From assembly GCA_017942105.1 (NCBI GenBank), contig JAGAVE010000025.1, positions 1-32,000 on the forward strand: a stretch of DNA of 32,000 nucleotides. Reading direction: 5' to 3'. Within the stretch, counting starts at the first letter, position 1. Each line of letters begins with the position of its first letter. This stretch comes from Clostridia bacterium (GTDB lineage: Bacteria > Bacillota > Clostridia > Oscillospirales > Acutalibacteraceae). The position numbers and the translations under genes were made by a program. Positions 6,712 through 15,510 of the stretch are shown here, piece after piece. The notes under the pieces are model-generated. The model saw nothing but the letters and a program-made list of their open reading frames with translations, searched no databases and was not told the DNA's origin.

Positions 6712-6771
6712 TTGACTCGAAATCAGTTGTACCTCACGGTACCGTGGGTTCGAATCCCACCGCTTCCGCCA
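6712..6771 (+). tRNA. 3' fragment only of tRNA-Ser(CGA): anticodon arm, long variable arm, T-arm, 3' acceptor strand and CCA. It is a putative attR direct repeat, not a functional tRNA.
   Basis: The T-arm is gtggg-ttcgaat-cccac. The acceptor 3' strand is cgcttcc, followed by G and CCA. The variable arm is gtacc-tcac-ggtac. The anticodon loop is CTCGAAA. No D-arm or 5' acceptor strand (ggaagcg) lies upstream, and the anticodon stem loses pairing at 6711. Confidence 0.75.
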
Positions 6772-6774
6772 AAG

Positions 6775-6816
6775 AATAACCGTCATTCTGATACAACGGA
6801 ATGACGGTTATTTTCT
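6775..6816 (+). terminator. Rho-independent terminator immediately after the tRNA fragment
   Basis: There is a perfect 14-bp stem, aataaccgtcattc / gaatgacggttatt, running into TTTT. Confidence 0.8.
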
Positions 6817-6885
6817 ACTCCAAATCAGCATTTTGAGAACTTTAGGAGAGGCAAGACACCTTACTGTTTCATTCCTTCCGTTTCA

Positions 6886-6977
6886 AATCGTTAAAATACA
6901 GGCAATTGTTAATTTGCACCCGTAATCGTTGAATTATAGCCGGCAATCGTTGAATTATAGCCGGCAATCGTTAAATT
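6886..6977. repeat. Five phased copies of AAT(C/T)GTT(A/G)A(A/T)(A/T)T, starting at 6886, 6904, 6924, 6945 and 6966. They include a perfect 21-bp tandem duplication (6924-6944 = 6945-6965). This looks like an operator or iteron-like array.
   Basis: Copies were counted directly. The spacing is 18, 20, 21 and 21 nt. The array lies 60-150 nt upstream of the lipoprotein gene. Confidence 0.7.
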
Positions 6978-7039
6978 ATTGAAAATGAACTTTTTCTATG
7001 CTATAGTTATTTAAAGGATAAGTGAACGGAGGCAAGGAT

Positions 7040-7786
7040 ATGAAAAAAGTATTATGTTTAATTGTAGCAACACTTATATTTTTATGCGGTTGTTCTCCTG
7101 TAAGCCAGTCAGGTCAATCACATACCGACACACTTTCAAAAGAAGATACATTTACAAAAAATGAGAATGGGAACATTGTTAGTAATTCGGGGGTTGAGTA
7201 CACCCTCTTGGCCAACGAAGGTTTACTGTACTATTTGGGTGACTTGGACTTTATCGGCAGCATACAAGGAGAAGAAAAATCATCTCAGCATTTGGGACTT
7301 TCGTATCAAACAGGGATGTTTGCTATCAAAGATACTAACAATGACAACATCCTGATCAGACGCGCTCCCGATAATGAACGGTTTAGTATTTACCGCAAGG
7401 CCTCGTTGCCATCATTCGACTTTGCTGTAGATAATTGCATTCGATTTAAATTTGTTTCCGGTATAGGAAATACAGAAATCGATGTAACTCAAACAACTTG
7501 TGATAATGGAATAGTTGAAGCATCGGAAATCGCAGAGTTCTTATCCGATGTCCGTTCACAAAAGGATCCTCGCGAGGCAGGCTTATATGATCTAATTAAG
7601 AAACCAGATGGAATGCTGGAAAACTGTTATGTTTATGGCGTAGTTTACGGATTTTTCGAGGAAGAACCTAATTTAGCAGTGCGAATGGATATTACCTCAT
7701 ATAACGATTTGGCATATTCGATTTCTATTGATGGTAAGGAATATGTTTTGCCCACAGAGTGGCTTCATAAAGTAGAAAACAATTGA
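7040..7786 (+). CDS. Lipoprotein, function unknown
   Basis: The signal peptide MKKVLCLIVATLIFLCGC carries a lipobox. GGAGG lies upstream of ATG 7040, so the GTG at 7022 was rejected. Confidence 0.75.
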   Translation: MKKVLCLIVATLIFLCGCSPVSQSGQSHTDTLSKEDTFTKNENGNIVSNSGVEYTLLANEGLLYYLGDLDFIGSIQGEEKSSQHLGLSYQTGMFAIKDTNNDNILIRRAPDNERFSIYRKASLPSFDFAVDNCIRFKFVSGIGNTEIDVTQTTCDNGIVEASEIAEFLSDVRSQKDPREAGLYDLIKKPDGMLENCYVYGVVYGFFEEEPNLAVRMDITSYNDLAYSISIDGKEYVLPTEWLHKVENN

Positions 7787-7922
7787 TTTGAAATAGGTTT
7801 CTGCACTCTTGCCCCTCCTGCCTTAGAAATGCACCCCCTAAACCAAAAGTGGTGCATTTGTATTAAAATCAACAACAAACACAAAGTCGACATCAATTTA
7901 TAATAATTACAAGAGGTACGAA

Positions 7923-8534
7923 ATGAAAGTCAACAAAAGCGAATTAAAATGGACAAGAGCTCCGAAACAGTATACGATTGACGATAACAAGGTTGAAATC
8001 ATTACCGAACCGTTTACTGATTTATGGCAAAGGACATATTATCACTTCAGAAACGATAATGCTCCCGTCTTGCAGCTTGAAACGGATGAAAAATACTTTT
8101 CTTTCATCGTAAAAACTGAGTTTGAGAGCAAGGTGCGTTTCGACCAGAGCGGTATTGTTTTATATCTCGACAGTGACAACTGGCTCAAAGCATCTATCGA
8201 ATACGAAAACGGGCAGATTCAGCGTCTCGGCAGTGTTGTAACGAACAACGGTTACTCTGACTGGGCAACGGTTGACATTGATGCTTCAATCAAATCGATA
8301 TGGTTCAGATTAAGCCGCAGAGGCGATGACTTCTGCATTGAAAACTCATCTGACGGAAAAACCTTCAAACAAATGCGTATATGCCATATGTTTAATGTAA
8401 AAGATAAAATTCAGTTTGGAATATATGCGTGCAGTCCCGAAAACTCATCATTTAAAGCAACCTTCACGGATATGGAAATAACAGAATGCAAATGGCTTGC
8501 GCATGACGGACAGCAGCCCGATGAGGAGATTTAG
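7923..8534 (+). CDS. DUF1349-family protein (concanavalin-like fold, the family sometimes annotated as regulation of enolase protein 1)
   Basis: The match to this family is recalled from WTRAP...DLWQRTYY...FDQSGIVLY...NWLKASIEYE...FRLSRRGDDF. The RBS is AGAGG. Confidence 0.6.
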   Translation: MKVNKSELKWTRAPKQYTIDDNKVEIITEPFTDLWQRTYYHFRNDNAPVLQLETDEKYFSFIVKTEFESKVRFDQSGIVLYLDSDNWLKASIEYENGQIQRLGSVVTNNGYSDWATVDIDASIKSIWFRLSRRGDDFCIENSSDGKTFKQMRICHMFNVKDKIQFGIYACSPENSSFKATFTDMEITECKWLAHDGQQPDEEI

Positions 8535-8535
8535 T

Positions 8536-8862
8536 ATGGGTTGCTTATTTGAAATATTGGTTTTACCTTTTGAATTCATTTTTGAATTTATTTTCGGAAA
8601 CTGGTTTGATGCGATGTCCTGGATAGTACCCAACAACTCCGGAAGTAAGATTAAAAAATTCTTTTTTAAAGGCATAATCGTCATTGAATGCTGTGCGTTT
8701 GCTGTAATATCCCTCATCGGCTTACTTACTGCAATTTTTACTGATCTGACAATTTTTGACTTATGGAAATTAATTTTCATTCCACCGGGTATCAGCATAG
8801 GGCAGATATTAATAGGTGCTGTTGTAAAGGCTTCGAATAAAAATAATAACTCTGATTCTTGA
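8536..8862 (+). CDS. Small hydrophobic membrane protein
   Basis: GAGGAG lies 8 nt upstream of ATG 8536. There are 2-3 hydrophobic helices. Confidence 0.5.
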   Translation: MGCLFEILVLPFEFIFEFIFGNWFDAMSWIVPNNSGSKIKKFFFKGIIVIECCAFAVISLIGLLTAIFTDLTIFDLWKLIFIPPGISIGQILIGAVVKASNKNNNSDS

Positions 8863-8877
8863 TATTAAGGTGATAAA

Positions 8878-9183
8878 ATGACTGTTTTCGAGAAAATATA
8901 CGAGGTAGTAAGTAACATTCCTGAGGGAAAGGTTGCAACATACGGTCAGGTAGCTTTACTTGCAGGCAATCCTCGATGGGCAAGAGTTGTCGGTTATGCT
9001 TTACACGTGAATCCCGCTCCCGGCATCATCCCCTGCCACCGAGTCGTAAACCGTGAGGGCAGAACTGCAGAAAGCTTTGCTTTTGGTGGAGGCGACGCAC
9101 AAAGAATCTTGCTTGAAAATGAAGGAATCGTATTTGAGGCTGACGGACATATCGATTTTGAAAAATATCTCTGGCGCATATGA
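8878..9183 (+). CDS. MGMT-family protein (methylated-DNA-protein-cysteine methyltransferase DNA-binding domain only)
   Basis: TYGQVA...PCHRVV motif, 101 aa. Confidence 0.8.
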   Translation: MTVFEKIYEVVSNIPEGKVATYGQVALLAGNPRWARVVGYALHVNPAPGIIPCHRVVNREGRTAESFAFGGGDAQRILLENEGIVFEADGHIDFEKYLWRI

Positions 9184-9256
9184 ATAAAGTTAAATCTGCA
9201 TATTATTTTCATAATTTTATCACCAATTATTGTCAATTTTTTCATTCTTATGAAGG

Positions 9257-9285
9257 TTGACAAAAAACTGAAAATATAATACAAT
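9257..9285 (+). promoter_or_regulatory. Sigma-A type promoter for pflBA (TTGACA-17 nt-TACAAT)
   Basis: The hexamers and the 17-nt spacer were counted directly. This predicts a 5' UTR of about 145 nt. Confidence 0.5.
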
Positions 9286-9435
9286 GTAGATACAAATTAA
9301 ACCTTTGCATGACTGACGGATCAGCGGATTACCGCAAGGGAATGCAAAAGGCAAAAAGCCGACCGTCTGGGCAAGTCAGTTTTTACTGATTTGTCCTTTT
9401 TTGTTTTTATAATGTTTCCCAAGGAGTTGATATTT

Positions 9436-11667
9436 ATGGTACACGAAAATTGGAACGGATTCAAAGCAGGAATATGGCAGGATGAAATCAATGTCCGTGA
9501 CTTTATTCAGACTAACTATCAGGAATATTGCGGCGATGAAAGCTTTCTTGTAGGCTCTACTGAGAGAACGGATAAGCTTATGGCTAAGGTTCAGGAGCTT
9601 TTCAGGCAGGAACGCGCTAAAGGCGGTGTTCTCGATATCGATACCGAGACAGTTTCATCACTTACAAGCTATGCTCCCGGATACATCGATAAAGAAAATG
9701 AACTTATCGTAGGTATGCAGACGGACAGTCCTCTCAAGCGTGGTGTTAACCCCTTTGGCGGTATCCGTATGGCTCGCCAGGCTTGTGCCGCTTACGGCTA
9801 CAAGCTCAGCGATAAGGTTGAAGAAGAGTTCACTTTCCGTACAACTCATAATGACGGCGTTTTCAGAGCATATACCGATGAGATGCGTGCCGCTCGCCGT
9901 TCTCATGTAATAACAGGTCTGCCCGACGCATACGGCAGAGGCAGAATTATCGGTGACTACAGACGAGTTGCGCTCTACGGTGTTAACCGTCTTATCGAGC
10001 TAAAAAAAGCTGACAAAGCCGCTATGGCAAGCGGGAACTTCAACGCTGACACAACCCGTCAGACCGAGGAGCTTTTCCAGCAGATAACATTCCTCGGGTT
10101 TATGAAAGAAATGGCAGCTATGTACGGCTACGATATTTCAAACCCTGCAAAAAATGCAAAAGAAGCAATTCAGTGGACTTACTTTGCATATCTTGCTTCC
10201 ATCAAGGAGCAGAACGGTGCCGCTATGTCGCTCGGCAGAGTAAGCACTTTCTTCGACATTTACATTGAAAGAGATATCGCTAACGGTATTCTTACTGAAA
10301 AAGAAGCACAGGAGCTTATGGACGATTTCGTTATCAAGCTTCGTATCGCGCGTCACCTTCGTACGGCTGAATACAATGAGCTTTTCGGCGGAGATCCGAT
10401 GTGGATAACAGAAGCTGTCGGCGGTATGGGCGAAGACGGCAGAAGCCTTGTTACAAAAAACAGTTTCAGACTTCTCAACACGCTCTACACGCTCGGTTCT
10501 TCTCCTGAACCGAATATTACGATTCTCTGGTCAAATTCTCTTCCTGAGGGATTTAAGCGCTTCTGCGCAAAGGTTTCCGTTGATACAGACTCTATCCAGT
10601 ATGAAAATGACGATGTTATGCGTCCTATTTACGGCGATGATTATGCAATTGCCTGCTGTGTTTCAGCTATGAAAATCGGCAAGCAGATGCAGTTTTTCGG
10701 TGCGCGTTGCAACCTTGCAAAGCTTCTTCTTATAGCTCTCAACGGCGGATATGATACATCAAGCGATATGCACATCGGCCCGCAGATGAGCGTAATTGAA
10801 GGAAAAGCCCTTGATTATGATAATGTAATGAAGCGATTCGATGAGTACATCGCATGGCTTATGCACCTTTATGTAAATACTATGAATGTCATCCACTATA
10901 TGCACGATAAATACGCATATGAGAAGACGCAGATGGCACTTCACGATACAGATGTTGAAAGATTTATGGCGTTCGGAATCGCGGGTCTTTCAGTTGTTGC
11001 CGACTCCCTTTCTGCTATCAAATATGCAAAGGTGCGTCCTCTTAGAAATCAGAATGGTTTCATTGAAGGCTTCGAAACAATCGGTGATTTCCCGAAATAC
11101 GGCAATGATGACGACAGAGTTGACCTCATAGCCAAAGATATGACACACAAGGTCATCACTGAGCTTCGAAAGACACCGACATACAGAAATGCCATCCACA
11201 CTCTTTCGGTTCTGACAATCACATCGAATGTTATGTACGGAAAGAATACTGCCGCAACTCCTGACGGCAGAGGCGACGGCGAACCGTTCGCCCCCGGTGC
11301 TAACCCAATGCACAACCGTGAAGAAAACGGAGCTCTTGCTTCTCTCAACTCGGTTGCAAAAATCAGCTATGACGATTGCCGTGACGGCGTTTCAAACACA
11401 TTCTCAATCACACCTGACACTCTCGGTCATTCTGACGAAGAGAGATACGGAAATCTCGTTTCAATCCTTGACGGATATTTTGCAAAGAAAGCGCATCATA
11501 TCAATGTTAATGTAATGAACCGTGAAACACTTCTTAAGGCTTACGAAAACCCTGAAGAGTATCCTAACCTCACGATTCGCGTTTCAGGATATGCCGTTAA
11601 CTTCAACAAGCTCTCACGAGAGCAACAGAGAGAGGTTATCAGCCGTACCTTCCACGAGGCAATGTAA
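9436..11667 (+). CDS. pflB: Pyruvate formate-lyase (formate C-acetyltransferase)
   Basis: The glycyl-radical motif RVSGYAVNF and the active-site IACCVSAM are present. AAGGAG lies upstream of ATG 9436, so the ORF-track start at 9391 was rejected. Confidence 0.95.
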   Translation: MVHENWNGFKAGIWQDEINVRDFIQTNYQEYCGDESFLVGSTERTDKLMAKVQELFRQERAKGGVLDIDTETVSSLTSYAPGYIDKENELIVGMQTDSPLKRGVNPFGGIRMARQACAAYGYKLSDKVEEEFTFRTTHNDGVFRAYTDEMRAARRSHVITGLPDAYGRGRIIGDYRRVALYGVNRLIELKKADKAAMASGNFNADTTRQTEELFQQITFLGFMKEMAAMYGYDISNPAKNAKEAIQWTYFAYLASIKEQNGAAMSLGRVSTFFDIYIERDIANGILTEKEAQELMDDFVIKLRIARHLRTAEYNELFGGDPMWITEAVGGMGEDGRSLVTKNSFRLLNTLYTLGSSPEPNITILWSNSLPEGFKRFCAKVSVDTDSIQYENDDVMRPIYGDDYAIACCVSAMKIGKQMQFFGARCNLAKLLLIALNGGYDTSSDMHIGPQMSVIEGKALDYDNVMKRFDEYIAWLMHLYVNTMNVIHYMHDKYAYEKTQMALHDTDVERFMAFGIAGLSVVADSLSAIKYAKVRPLRNQNGFIEGFETIGDFPKYGNDDDRVDLIAKDMTHKVITELRKTPTYRNAIHTLSVLTITSNVMYGKNTAATPDGRGDGEPFAPGANPMHNREENGALASLNSVAKISYDDCRDGVSNTFSITPDTLGHSDEERYGNLVSILDGYFAKKAHHINVNVMNRETLLKAYENPEEYPNLTIRVSGYAVNFNKLSREQQREVISRTFHEAM

Positions 11668-12362
11668 TGCTCCGAGTTCATTCTATACAATCACTCGGAA
11701 CGGTTGACGGCCCGGGTGTAAGATTTGTAGTTTTTCTTCAAGGCTGTCATCTGAGATGTAAATGCTGTCACAATCCTGATACCTGGGACATTAAAATCGG
11801 CAAAGAAACATCAGTCAACGAGATTTTTGACAAGGTTAAAAGATATAAAGAATACTTTGGAAAAGACGGCGGCATTACCCTTTCGGGCGGCGAACCTTTG
11901 CTTCAGGCAAAGGATGCCTATGAGCTTTTCTCTCTTTGTAAAAAAGAAGGGATAAACACCTGCCTTGACACTTCCGGTTCTGTAATGAACGATGATGTTA
12001 AAAAGCTTCTGACGGTTACAGACAGGGTCTTACTTGATATCAAGTACACTAACGATGAAGATTACCGAAAGAATGTATGCTGTTCAATCAAACCGGTATT
12101 GGAGTTTCTTGAATATCTTGATAAAAATTCCATTCGGACAACATTCAGGCAGGTTATTATTCCCACGCTCAACGATACCGAAGAAAATATAACTATACTC
12201 AAGGAAATCAGAGATCGGCATAGTTGTGTTGATTCCGTTGAACTGCTTGCTTTTCATAAGATGTGCGAAACAAAGTATCAGAATCTGGGAATCGATTTTC
12301 CTCTTTCAGATATTCCCGAGCCGACAAAAGAGAAAATGAACAAACTCAATTCACTGTTATAA
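11667..12362 (+). CDS. pflA: Pyruvate formate-lyase activating enzyme (radical SAM)
   Basis: The CHLRCKCCHN (CxxxCxxC) motif is present. The start overlaps the pflB stop (TAATG). Confidence 0.9.
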   Translation: MLRVHSIQSLGTVDGPGVRFVVFLQGCHLRCKCCHNPDTWDIKIGKETSVNEIFDKVKRYKEYFGKDGGITLSGGEPLLQAKDAYELFSLCKKEGINTCLDTSGSVMNDDVKKLLTVTDRVLLDIKYTNDEDYRKNVCCSIKPVLEFLEYLDKNSIRTTFRQVIIPTLNDTEENITILKEIRDRHSCVDSVELLAFHKMCETKYQNLGIDFPLSDIPEPTKEKMNKLNSLL

Positions 12363-12371
12363 CATAGCAGT

Positions 12372-12410
12372 AAACCCACGGCGAAATTCGTCGTGGGTTA
12401 ATTATTTTCA
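12372..12410 (+). terminator. Rho-independent terminator after pflA
   Basis: The stem is cccacggcg / cgtcgtggg, followed by ttaattatttt. Confidence 0.7.
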
Positions 12411-12459
12411 GGTTGATGTGACTGTTTTTTTCTGCTATAATAACAAAGGAGTTGAGAGA

Positions 12460-12939
12460 ATGAGCAAAACTGACTACGAAAAAATGTATAAAAAGATTTT
12501 TGACATTATGGGAGAACTGACACCGCTTACCGTTGATTGCGGAGTGCTTTGCGAGGGCGCCTGCTGTAAGGGTGATGAAAAAACCGGTATGAGACTTTTT
12601 CCTCACGAGGAGAGTGTTCTTAAAATCAGCAATATTGAAGATGGTGAAAGATTGGCTGTCTGTGAAGGTTGCTGTGAAAGAAATCACCGTCCCCTCGCCT
12701 GCAGGATTTTTCCGTTTTTCCCGACGATCGATGAAAAGGGTAAAATCTTTGTTGAACCTGACCTTCGTGCTTCAAGACTTTGTCCTCTCATCTCGCACAG
12801 CGACGAAATCATTTTTGATCCTAAATTTTTCAAAGCTTTAAAAAGGGTTGGTAAAATCCTGGCAAAGGACGAAGAATGCCGCAAATATCTTTATAAAATA
12901 ACAGAAGAGATCGATATCTATAAAAGCTTACTGAATTAG
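12460..12939 (+). CDS. YkgJ-family cysteine-cluster protein (CxxCxxCC type)
   Basis: DCGVLCEGACCKG and CEGCCERNHRPLACRIFPFFP are present. AAGGAG lies upstream of ATG 12460. Confidence 0.6.
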   Translation: MSKTDYEKMYKKIFDIMGELTPLTVDCGVLCEGACCKGDEKTGMRLFPHEESVLKISNIEDGERLAVCEGCCERNHRPLACRIFPFFPTIDEKGKIFVEPDLRASRLCPLISHSDEIIFDPKFFKALKRVGKILAKDEECRKYLYKITEEIDIYKSLLN

Positions 12940-12968
12940 TTGAAACGCAAGATAAAATATGATATCAT
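12940..12968 (+). promoter_or_regulatory. Putative promoter of hpt (TTGAAA-17 nt-TATCAT with an upstream TG)
   Basis: Counted directly. Confidence 0.35.
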
Positions 12969-12996
12969 TAGCTAAAAAAAGGATTGGAGAAAGATT

Positions 12997-13536
12997 ATGA
13001 TCGATTACGAAAAGAGAATAAAAAGAGTTATTATAACAGAAGAACAAATAGCAGAAAAAATCAAAGAAATAGGCAAAGAAATAGATAAGATTTACGATGG
13101 TCGCCCTATACTTCTCGTAAGCATTCTTAAGGGTTCTTTTGTTTTTATGGCTGATGTCTGCCGCGCGGTAAGCGTACCCTGCGAAATCGGCTTTATGTGC
13201 GCCAAGAGCTACTATCAGGGCACAGTATCAACAGGTGTTATCAATATTACAATGGATCTTGGCCAGGATGTTAAGGATTACCATGTTGTCATCGTCGAGG
13301 ACATAATAGACACGGGCAGAACTCTCAAGGATGTTGTTAAGCTCCTTAAAGCAAGAAATCCGCTTTCTCTTCATGTTGTTACACTTCTTGATAAGCCTGA
13401 CAGAAGACTTGTTGAAATCACACCCGATTGGGCACTTTTTACCATTCCTGATTTCTTCGTAATCGGCTACGGTCTCGACTGCGCAGAATACTACAGAAAC
13501 CTTCCCTATATCGCTGAATACAATACCGAAGTATAA
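12997..13536 (+). CDS. hpt: Hypoxanthine phosphoribosyltransferase
   Basis: The PRPP-binding motif VVIVEDIIDTGRTL is present in a 179-aa protein. Confidence 0.9.
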   Translation: MIDYEKRIKRVIITEEQIAEKIKEIGKEIDKIYDGRPILLVSILKGSFVFMADVCRAVSVPCEIGFMCAKSYYQGTVSTGVINITMDLGQDVKDYHVVIVEDIIDTGRTLKDVVKLLKARNPLSLHVVTLLDKPDRRLVEITPDWALFTIPDFFVIGYGLDCAEYYRNLPYIAEYNTEV

Positions 13537-13540
13537 AGAA

Positions 13541-13572
13541 AGAACCTGCCTTGCTAGGCAGGTTTTGTTTTC
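13541..13572. terminator. Bidirectional terminator between the convergent hpt and YbaK-like genes
   Basis: aacctgcc-ttgcta-ggcaggtt followed by ttgtttt. Confidence 0.7.
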
Positions 13573-13574
13573 AT

Positions 13575-14063
13575 TCAATGTTCAAAATCAAGAACTATCA
13601 GCTCATTTCCCTGAGAACTGATTATATCTTTAATCTGCGAAAAGCTGAGCCATACCGTTGCATCATGCTCATTCGGATGAACTCCGAGTTTTTCACAGTT
13701 TTCAAGCTTTTTATCCAAAACAACAGTTACCTCGTGGTTTTCGTCATTGAGAATTCCTAGCGGAGAAACACAACCTGCAGTTACTCCAAGATACTTTTCA
13801 AGCCTTTCAGCCGATGCGAAGCTGACTTTTCCTGCATCAAGCTTTGCGCCGATTTCTTTGAGATTAATGCGTGTATCATTATCTGCAGTTATAAGAAAAT
13901 GCTTCTTCCCCTTCTGGTCACGAATAAAAAGATTCTTACAAATTTTTCCGATCTTGTCGAGACCCTCTGCCTGCATTTCTTCCATTGTATAGACAGGTGC
14001 GTGATCCGTAACCTCATAGCTGATGTTATTGTTATTTAAAAATTCATATACTTTATTTTTCAT
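13575..14063 (-). CDS. YbaK/ProX-type prolyl-tRNA synthetase-associated (aminoacyl-tRNA deacylase) domain protein
   Basis: Family resemblance: KNLFIRDQKGKKHFL...GCVSPLG. The RBS is GAGGAA. Confidence 0.7.
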   Translation of the reverse strand: MKNKVYEFLNNNNISYEVTDHAPVYTMEEMQAEGLDKIGKICKNLFIRDQKGKKHFLITADNDTRINLKEIGAKLDAGKVSFASAERLEKYLGVTAGCVSPLGILNDENHEVTVVLDKKLENCEKLGVHPNEHDATVWLSFSQIKDIISSQGNELIVLDFEH

Positions 14064-14081
14064 AATCGTTCCTCTATAAAA

Positions 14082-14112
14082 TCAAAGTGCCCTATGAAAC
14101 ATAAGGCACTTA
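14082..14112 (-). terminator. Hairpin downstream of the CofE-like gene
   Basis: The stem is aagtgcc / ggcactt (7 bp). The T-run on the minus strand is weak. Confidence 0.4.
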
Positions 14113-14118
14113 TTTTTA

Positions 14119-15312
14119 TTAATCTGTTGTATAGTTGTCGAAATAGCCCTGGATAAAGACGATAGGCGTACCCTTATCGCCTGAGCCTGATGTGAGGTCG
14201 CAAAGAGAACCAATAAGATCAGTAAGTCTTCTCGGAGTTGTACCCTCTGAAGCCATTTTGCCGACAAGATTGTCATCCTTCTCCTGGATTTTACCCTTAA
14301 TAGCTTCCTTGAGCTCATCGCCTGAAAGCTCTGCAAATTCATTGTCTGCAAGATATTTGAGCTTAAGCTCGTTCGGAGTGCCGACAAGGCCGCTTGTATA
14401 GGCAGGAGAAACAACGGGGTCTGCAAGCTCCCAGATTTTGCCTACGGGGTCTTTGAATGCACCGTCGCCGTAAACCATAACTTCAATCTTCTTACCTGTT
14501 GCTTCAAAGAGCTTCTTCTGAATAGCATCAACGACAGGCTGACAGTCGCGCGGGAAAAGCTTAACCTTATCCTCAGTTGCCTTGTTTGAACCAAGAAGAC
14601 CGTAATCAGCATTAAAACCGCTTCCGTTTACGGGAGCATTAAGAATCTCGTCAAGACCGTAAACGATTTCTGCGCCTGCAGCTTTAAGGATTCTCTTTGT
14701 TCTTGCTCTTGTATGAATATCGCAGTTGATTACATTCTTTGTATAGTCAAGAATTGCTTTTGCGTTGTTTGCGAAGATGATTTCGCACTCTGCACCGCAT
14801 TCACGAACAAGGCTTTCATAATATTCAACATAGTCAACACCTGTGAATGTATGCTTCTCATAGCCGAAAAGCTCACGATACTTTGCAGTTGAAAGAACAT
14901 CCTTGTAAGGGTCAACACCCTTTTCATCGATAGCATCCATAGAAACAAGATGGTTACCAACCTCGTCTGAAGGATACGAAAGCATAATAACAACTTTCTT
15001 TGCTCCCTTTGCGATACCGCGAAGGCAAATTGCAAAACGGTTACGGCTGAGAATCGGGAATATAACGCCAACTGTTTCGCCGCCGAACTTAGCCTTAACA
15101 TCGGCTGCAATATCATCAACGGTTGCATAGTTACCCTGCGCTCTTGCAACAATAGCTTCTGTCATAGCTACGATGTCGCGGTCATTAAATTTAAAACCGG
15201 CATCCTCAGAAGCTTCAAGAACAGAGCTTGTTACGATTTCAACGATATCGTCGCCCTCTTTGATGATCGGGGCTCTGACACCTCGGGAAACTGTACCTAT
15301 CATACGACTCAT
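14119..15312 (-). CDS. CofE-like (coenzyme F420-0:L-glutamate ligase family) protein with an extra C-terminal domain
   Basis: The N-terminus reads MSRMIGTVSRGVRAPIIKEGDDIVEIV...DRDIVAMTEAIVARAQG. AAGGAG lies 9 nt upstream of ATG 15312, so the start at 15348 was rejected. Confidence 0.55.
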   Translation of the reverse strand: MSRMIGTVSRGVRAPIIKEGDDIVEIVTSSVLEASEDAGFKFNDRDIVAMTEAIVARAQGNYATVDDIAADVKAKFGGETVGVIFPILSRNRFAICLRGIAKGAKKVVIMLSYPSDEVGNHLVSMDAIDEKGVDPYKDVLSTAKYRELFGYEKHTFTGVDYVEYYESLVRECGAECEIIFANNAKAILDYTKNVINCDIHTRARTKRILKAAGAEIVYGLDEILNAPVNGSGFNADYGLLGSNKATEDKVKLFPRDCQPVVDAIQKKLFEATGKKIEVMVYGDGAFKDPVGKIWELADPVVSPAYTSGLVGTPNELKLKYLADNEFAELSGDELKEAIKGKIQEKDDNLVGKMASEGTTPRRLTDLIGSLCDLTSGSGDKGTPIVFIQGYFDNYTTD

Positions 15313-15467
15313 TACTAACAACTCCTTTGTATGCAAAAAAGCATACACACAAATTTTACGACTATTGATTATAACACCATATAATTAGTTTTTCAATATT
15401 TTTTTCAAAAAAAATCAAATTTTACAATAACATTTATTACTCAAATAAACTTAGATTTTTTATTAAA

Positions 15468-15500
15468 GTGCAAACGGCAGGTACCTTCAGATACCTGCCG
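15468..15500 (-). terminator. Terminator hairpin after the GPH/MFS gene
   Basis: The stem is cggcaggta / tacctgccg (9 bp). The T-run is short. Confidence 0.5.
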
Positions 15501-15510
15501 AAATAATATA

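Larger units (their letters stand above)
1..6771. mobile_element. Right-hand (cargo) end of a putative integrated genomic island or prophage-like element inserted in a tRNA-Ser gene. The left end and the integrase lie outside the window.
   Basis: The region ends in a 60-nt 3' fragment of tRNA-Ser (6712-6771) that lacks its 5' half, followed by the tRNA terminator. The content to the left is defence-like (RT operon) and the content to the right is housekeeping. Confidence 0.5.

Noticed and set aside
6924-6977. A possible miniature CRISPR array, because of the tandem 21-bp repeats
   Set aside because: The repeats are directly adjacent with no spacers. There are only 2.5 copies, and no cas genes or leader are nearby. 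An operator or iteron explanation fits better.
8448-9284. Minus-strand ORFs 8448-8798, 8792-8983 and 8994-9284
   Set aside because: They are antisense to better-supported plus-strand genes (membrane protein, MGMT domain with PCHRV) or lie in the pfl promoter region. No RBS or motifs are present.
9391-9435. The ORF-track N-terminal extension of pflB ([15 protein letters not shown])
   Set aside because: It has no RBS. AAGGAG sits directly upstream of ATG 9436, and MVHENWNGF is a typical PflB N-terminus.
14082-15152. Minus-strand alternate-frame ORFs 14082-14426 and 14730-15152, plus 14192-14401 on the plus strand
   Set aside because: They are nested in the CofE-like CDS in other frames and have no RBS or motif support.
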